Below, piece after piece: positions 61,416 to 64,000 of a stretch of 64,000 nt of DNA. The DNA comes from Anolis carolinensis (lineage: Eukaryota): NCBI RefSeq assembly GCF_035594765.1, contig NC_085841.1, positions 330,655,402 to 330,719,401 on the forward strand, in the 5' to 3' direction. A model generated the notes under the pieces. It had not been told where the DNA came from and did no database searches. It saw nothing but the letters and a program-made list of their open reading frames with translations. Positions within the stretch are counted from its first letter, which is position 1. Each line of letters starts with the position of its first letter. Made by a program: the position numbers and the translations under genes.

Positions 61416-64000
61416 TAATCACAGTATAATGAGTTTATGTGCTGCAACTTTTTGTATGAGAAGATCGAAAAAGCCCCGAAGATATGTGTCTGATGGCAGA
61501 ACTTGCAAAGCTAAAATACCAGTGAGTATTGGAAGCAGAAATTCAAGTTACTTCTGCTTTTGGTGGAGTGAAGAGAATAAATTGAGAGTTAACAAGGCCA
61601 CTGATGGCATGGCGTCTGTTTTTTGGTTCCCATCATAACCCTTCTCCTTACCTTCAGTGGCCATCGGGTCTAGAATTGTTTTGCAATAGAAATATAAGTA
61701 CTTTATTCTTTTTGCAAAGTGCTGCCTTCCTTGACATAGAATTTGGTTTACCTTTGTACTATGTTTGAATACAGAATTTTGCCCAGACCAGCCATCAGAT
61801 ATGGGTCTCCTTAGAACGTATTTTTAAAGGAAGTACGAGCTGAGTTTTGGCTTCCTTTTTATGTCAGTTTTAGCCACTTTAGGGAATAAAAACTCCTTTA
61901 GGCAAAGAGCATCTTGCTCGTTCAGGGGAATTATATTGTGCCTTGAGGGCAAAGAGGGCTTGCTTGTTCTCTGGCTGCATTTTTTTCTGTAGTGGCAAAC
62001 TGACTTTCCTGGTTATAAAAGGAACAATTCATAACAATTTAAATTGTACCAGTATAGAAGAAAGGCATTCCTTTTAACACAGATATCTATGTCTATCTTT
62101 CCAAATGTTTGGAAGAGACAGAGATAGCATTTAGTTCACTAATAAGGAAGATACAAGTAGCATGAAGACAAAAAGGTTCCAAAGAACCATATTCTAGGAG
62201 GTATGGCAGCATCAGTGCTACATTGCCAGTCTTAACATTTTTCCCCTGAAGGTTCCTGGCATAATCTCACATGCCTATCTGTGCTCAGTAACCACCTTTT
62301 TAAGGGGTTCTTCAAACTTGCTGCCACCTAATAAATCACACTACCACTATAACTGCCACTTGCCTTTCCACTCCTTTGCATGGAAGCCAGTGAATTGCTT
62401 GTATTGCTATGGGCTTTGAAACCAGCCAAAGCATGTCACCCAACTTCTTCATGCTCCAGATCTCAGCATAGTGAGACCACATTTTCTCTTTCTGGTGTCT
62501 GGGGATGTGGTAGTTTTCACGTCACACTGAGTTGAACCCAAGTAAAAATCCAAAGACATCCCCCCATGCAAGCTGGCAAATAGAGGTCTTCTTAGGGGCT
62601 TATGTATCTCCCCAGCCTTCCAGAGTTGTCCACATGATATATATGAATGGGGCATACAGATAAACAGTAAATATTATGGCATTAGATCTAATTCAGCCTC
62701 TGAAGACCCCGCCCCCTCCCCTTTAAACATAATGTCCAACCGAGGCTCAGGATGCCTCACACTACAATGATCACTACAACCAAGTGTCAATGAGTGTTAC
62801 CAGGTCAGAAGCAGGTGGAACAAAAGGTGTACCTGGAAACTTGAAGATGAAGCTGTTCTGGATTCTGAACCTGTACATTTTTCAAAGCTAGAAATCTGCT
62901 TCTTTCTATTTTCCAAAAGTGAGAAGGGGGGAGATAGAGAAAGTAGAAGGAGGAAGGCATTTGTGTTTGCTGCTATTCCATGAGAGTAAAATAGTTTTTA
63001 TTTAAATGTGTGGTGCATGGGACATGTACATCACTGATCACTGGACTTTCTTTCATCCTCTCATCAGCATGTTTTCAGTCATCATTGACTTGGATATTTC
63101 CTGACTGACTAACTTGTGAACTTCAATTTTCTTTCGTGGTAGATTTAACTCCATGTGACAGATTTTTTTATCTTCAGTGAAAAATTGGAGTGAATTAGAA
63201 TTCAGGTCAGGGCTTGCGATTAGAGAGTTTGTATAAGCAAGGATGTCTCCAGCAGACAATACTAGACCCCTGCTTGAGCCCCGTTGTTCTCATTGCACTT
63301 GTTGACCAGGTCCTGCTTCAGTGAACACCTTCTATGCAACCTGAGTGCCCCACAGAGGTGAAGGACACAGTCTGAGCTGGCTCCATCAGTCAGCAGAACA
63401 AATGGGCTTGCTCTGCCTAACATCGGGCCATCTCGGATTCCACCTCTTTTATAGAGATGAGTGATGAAGAGAGGCTCGTTCCGCTTTGCCGCTGTATTAA
63501 TACACATCAGGGGCCAGCTCCCAGCACTAAATCACACTCCTGCATACATCTGTTATCGGACTCCTCACCAACGTGATGAGCAAGACTGCAGATAGAGGCT
63601 TCCTCATGTCATTCTTTATAGGATTTTCCTAAAAGAATAAATAGCTCAAATCTCTGCCAACACTCTCCCCTGTCATTGTGATGAATTTAGCTTCTTTCTT
63701 AAACATGCAGCAACAAATCTTCTTCTGTCGTGAACCCCTCCCCTCCCCACTTACAGAAAGTTTTGTGGAATTTGACTGAATTTTACATGATAACAGGTAT
63801 GCATTCAGTGGCTGGAACTGAAGCAGCCATCCAGAGTTCTTATTTAAGAAGCCCAATGAGATGTTTAAAAGTACATGTACAAGATGATGGCCCCTTGCTT
63901 TGGAAAACTCTGAACTGACTCTTTACTAGCAGTTCATGCTCTGTTGCTCACACACGAGCCATTTGACCGCTTATGGCAAATGTGCTTGGACTCATGCAGA

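Noticed and set aside
61429-61638. ORF containing KATDGMASVF, reminiscent of human C-terminal KATDATTATFF
   Set aside because: Only a 4-residue match and no convincing acceptor linking it to exon 9; probably chance.
63461-63580. GTGATGA box C-like words (snoRNA)
   Set aside because: No suitably placed CTGA box D with a terminal stem.

Overview
Vertebrate genomic DNA, almost certainly a squamate and probably an Anolis-type lizard, judged from the repeat landscape (Sauria SINEs, 5S-derived SINEs, SPIN, CR1, L2, Penelope, many MITEs). The right half holds the + strand gene GPATCH2L: a CpG-island promoter and non-coding exon 1 at ~31.2 kb, then coding exons 2-9 between 34.5 and 61.4 kb, all with GT-AG boundaries and a consistent frame. 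The terminal exon is unresolved. The left half is intergenic and TE-rich, with several candidate conserved non-coding elements and a near-intact ~4.7 kb L2 LINE. Main observations: (1) L2 ORF1 and ORF2 are in the same frame, separated by a single UGA followed by CUAG, the canonical vertebrate readthrough context, and ORF2 has no AUG upstream of its first endonuclease motif, which suggests an ORF1-ORF2 fusion made by stop-codon readthrough; (2) GPATCH2L has two exon-7 candidates 58 nt apart that look mutually exclusive, and the second is frame-breaking here; (3) composite hAT elements carrying other TE fragments, hammerhead-like vestiges and a perfect 86-bp-arm palindrome. Family assignments and comparisons to human come from recognition and memory, not from searches.
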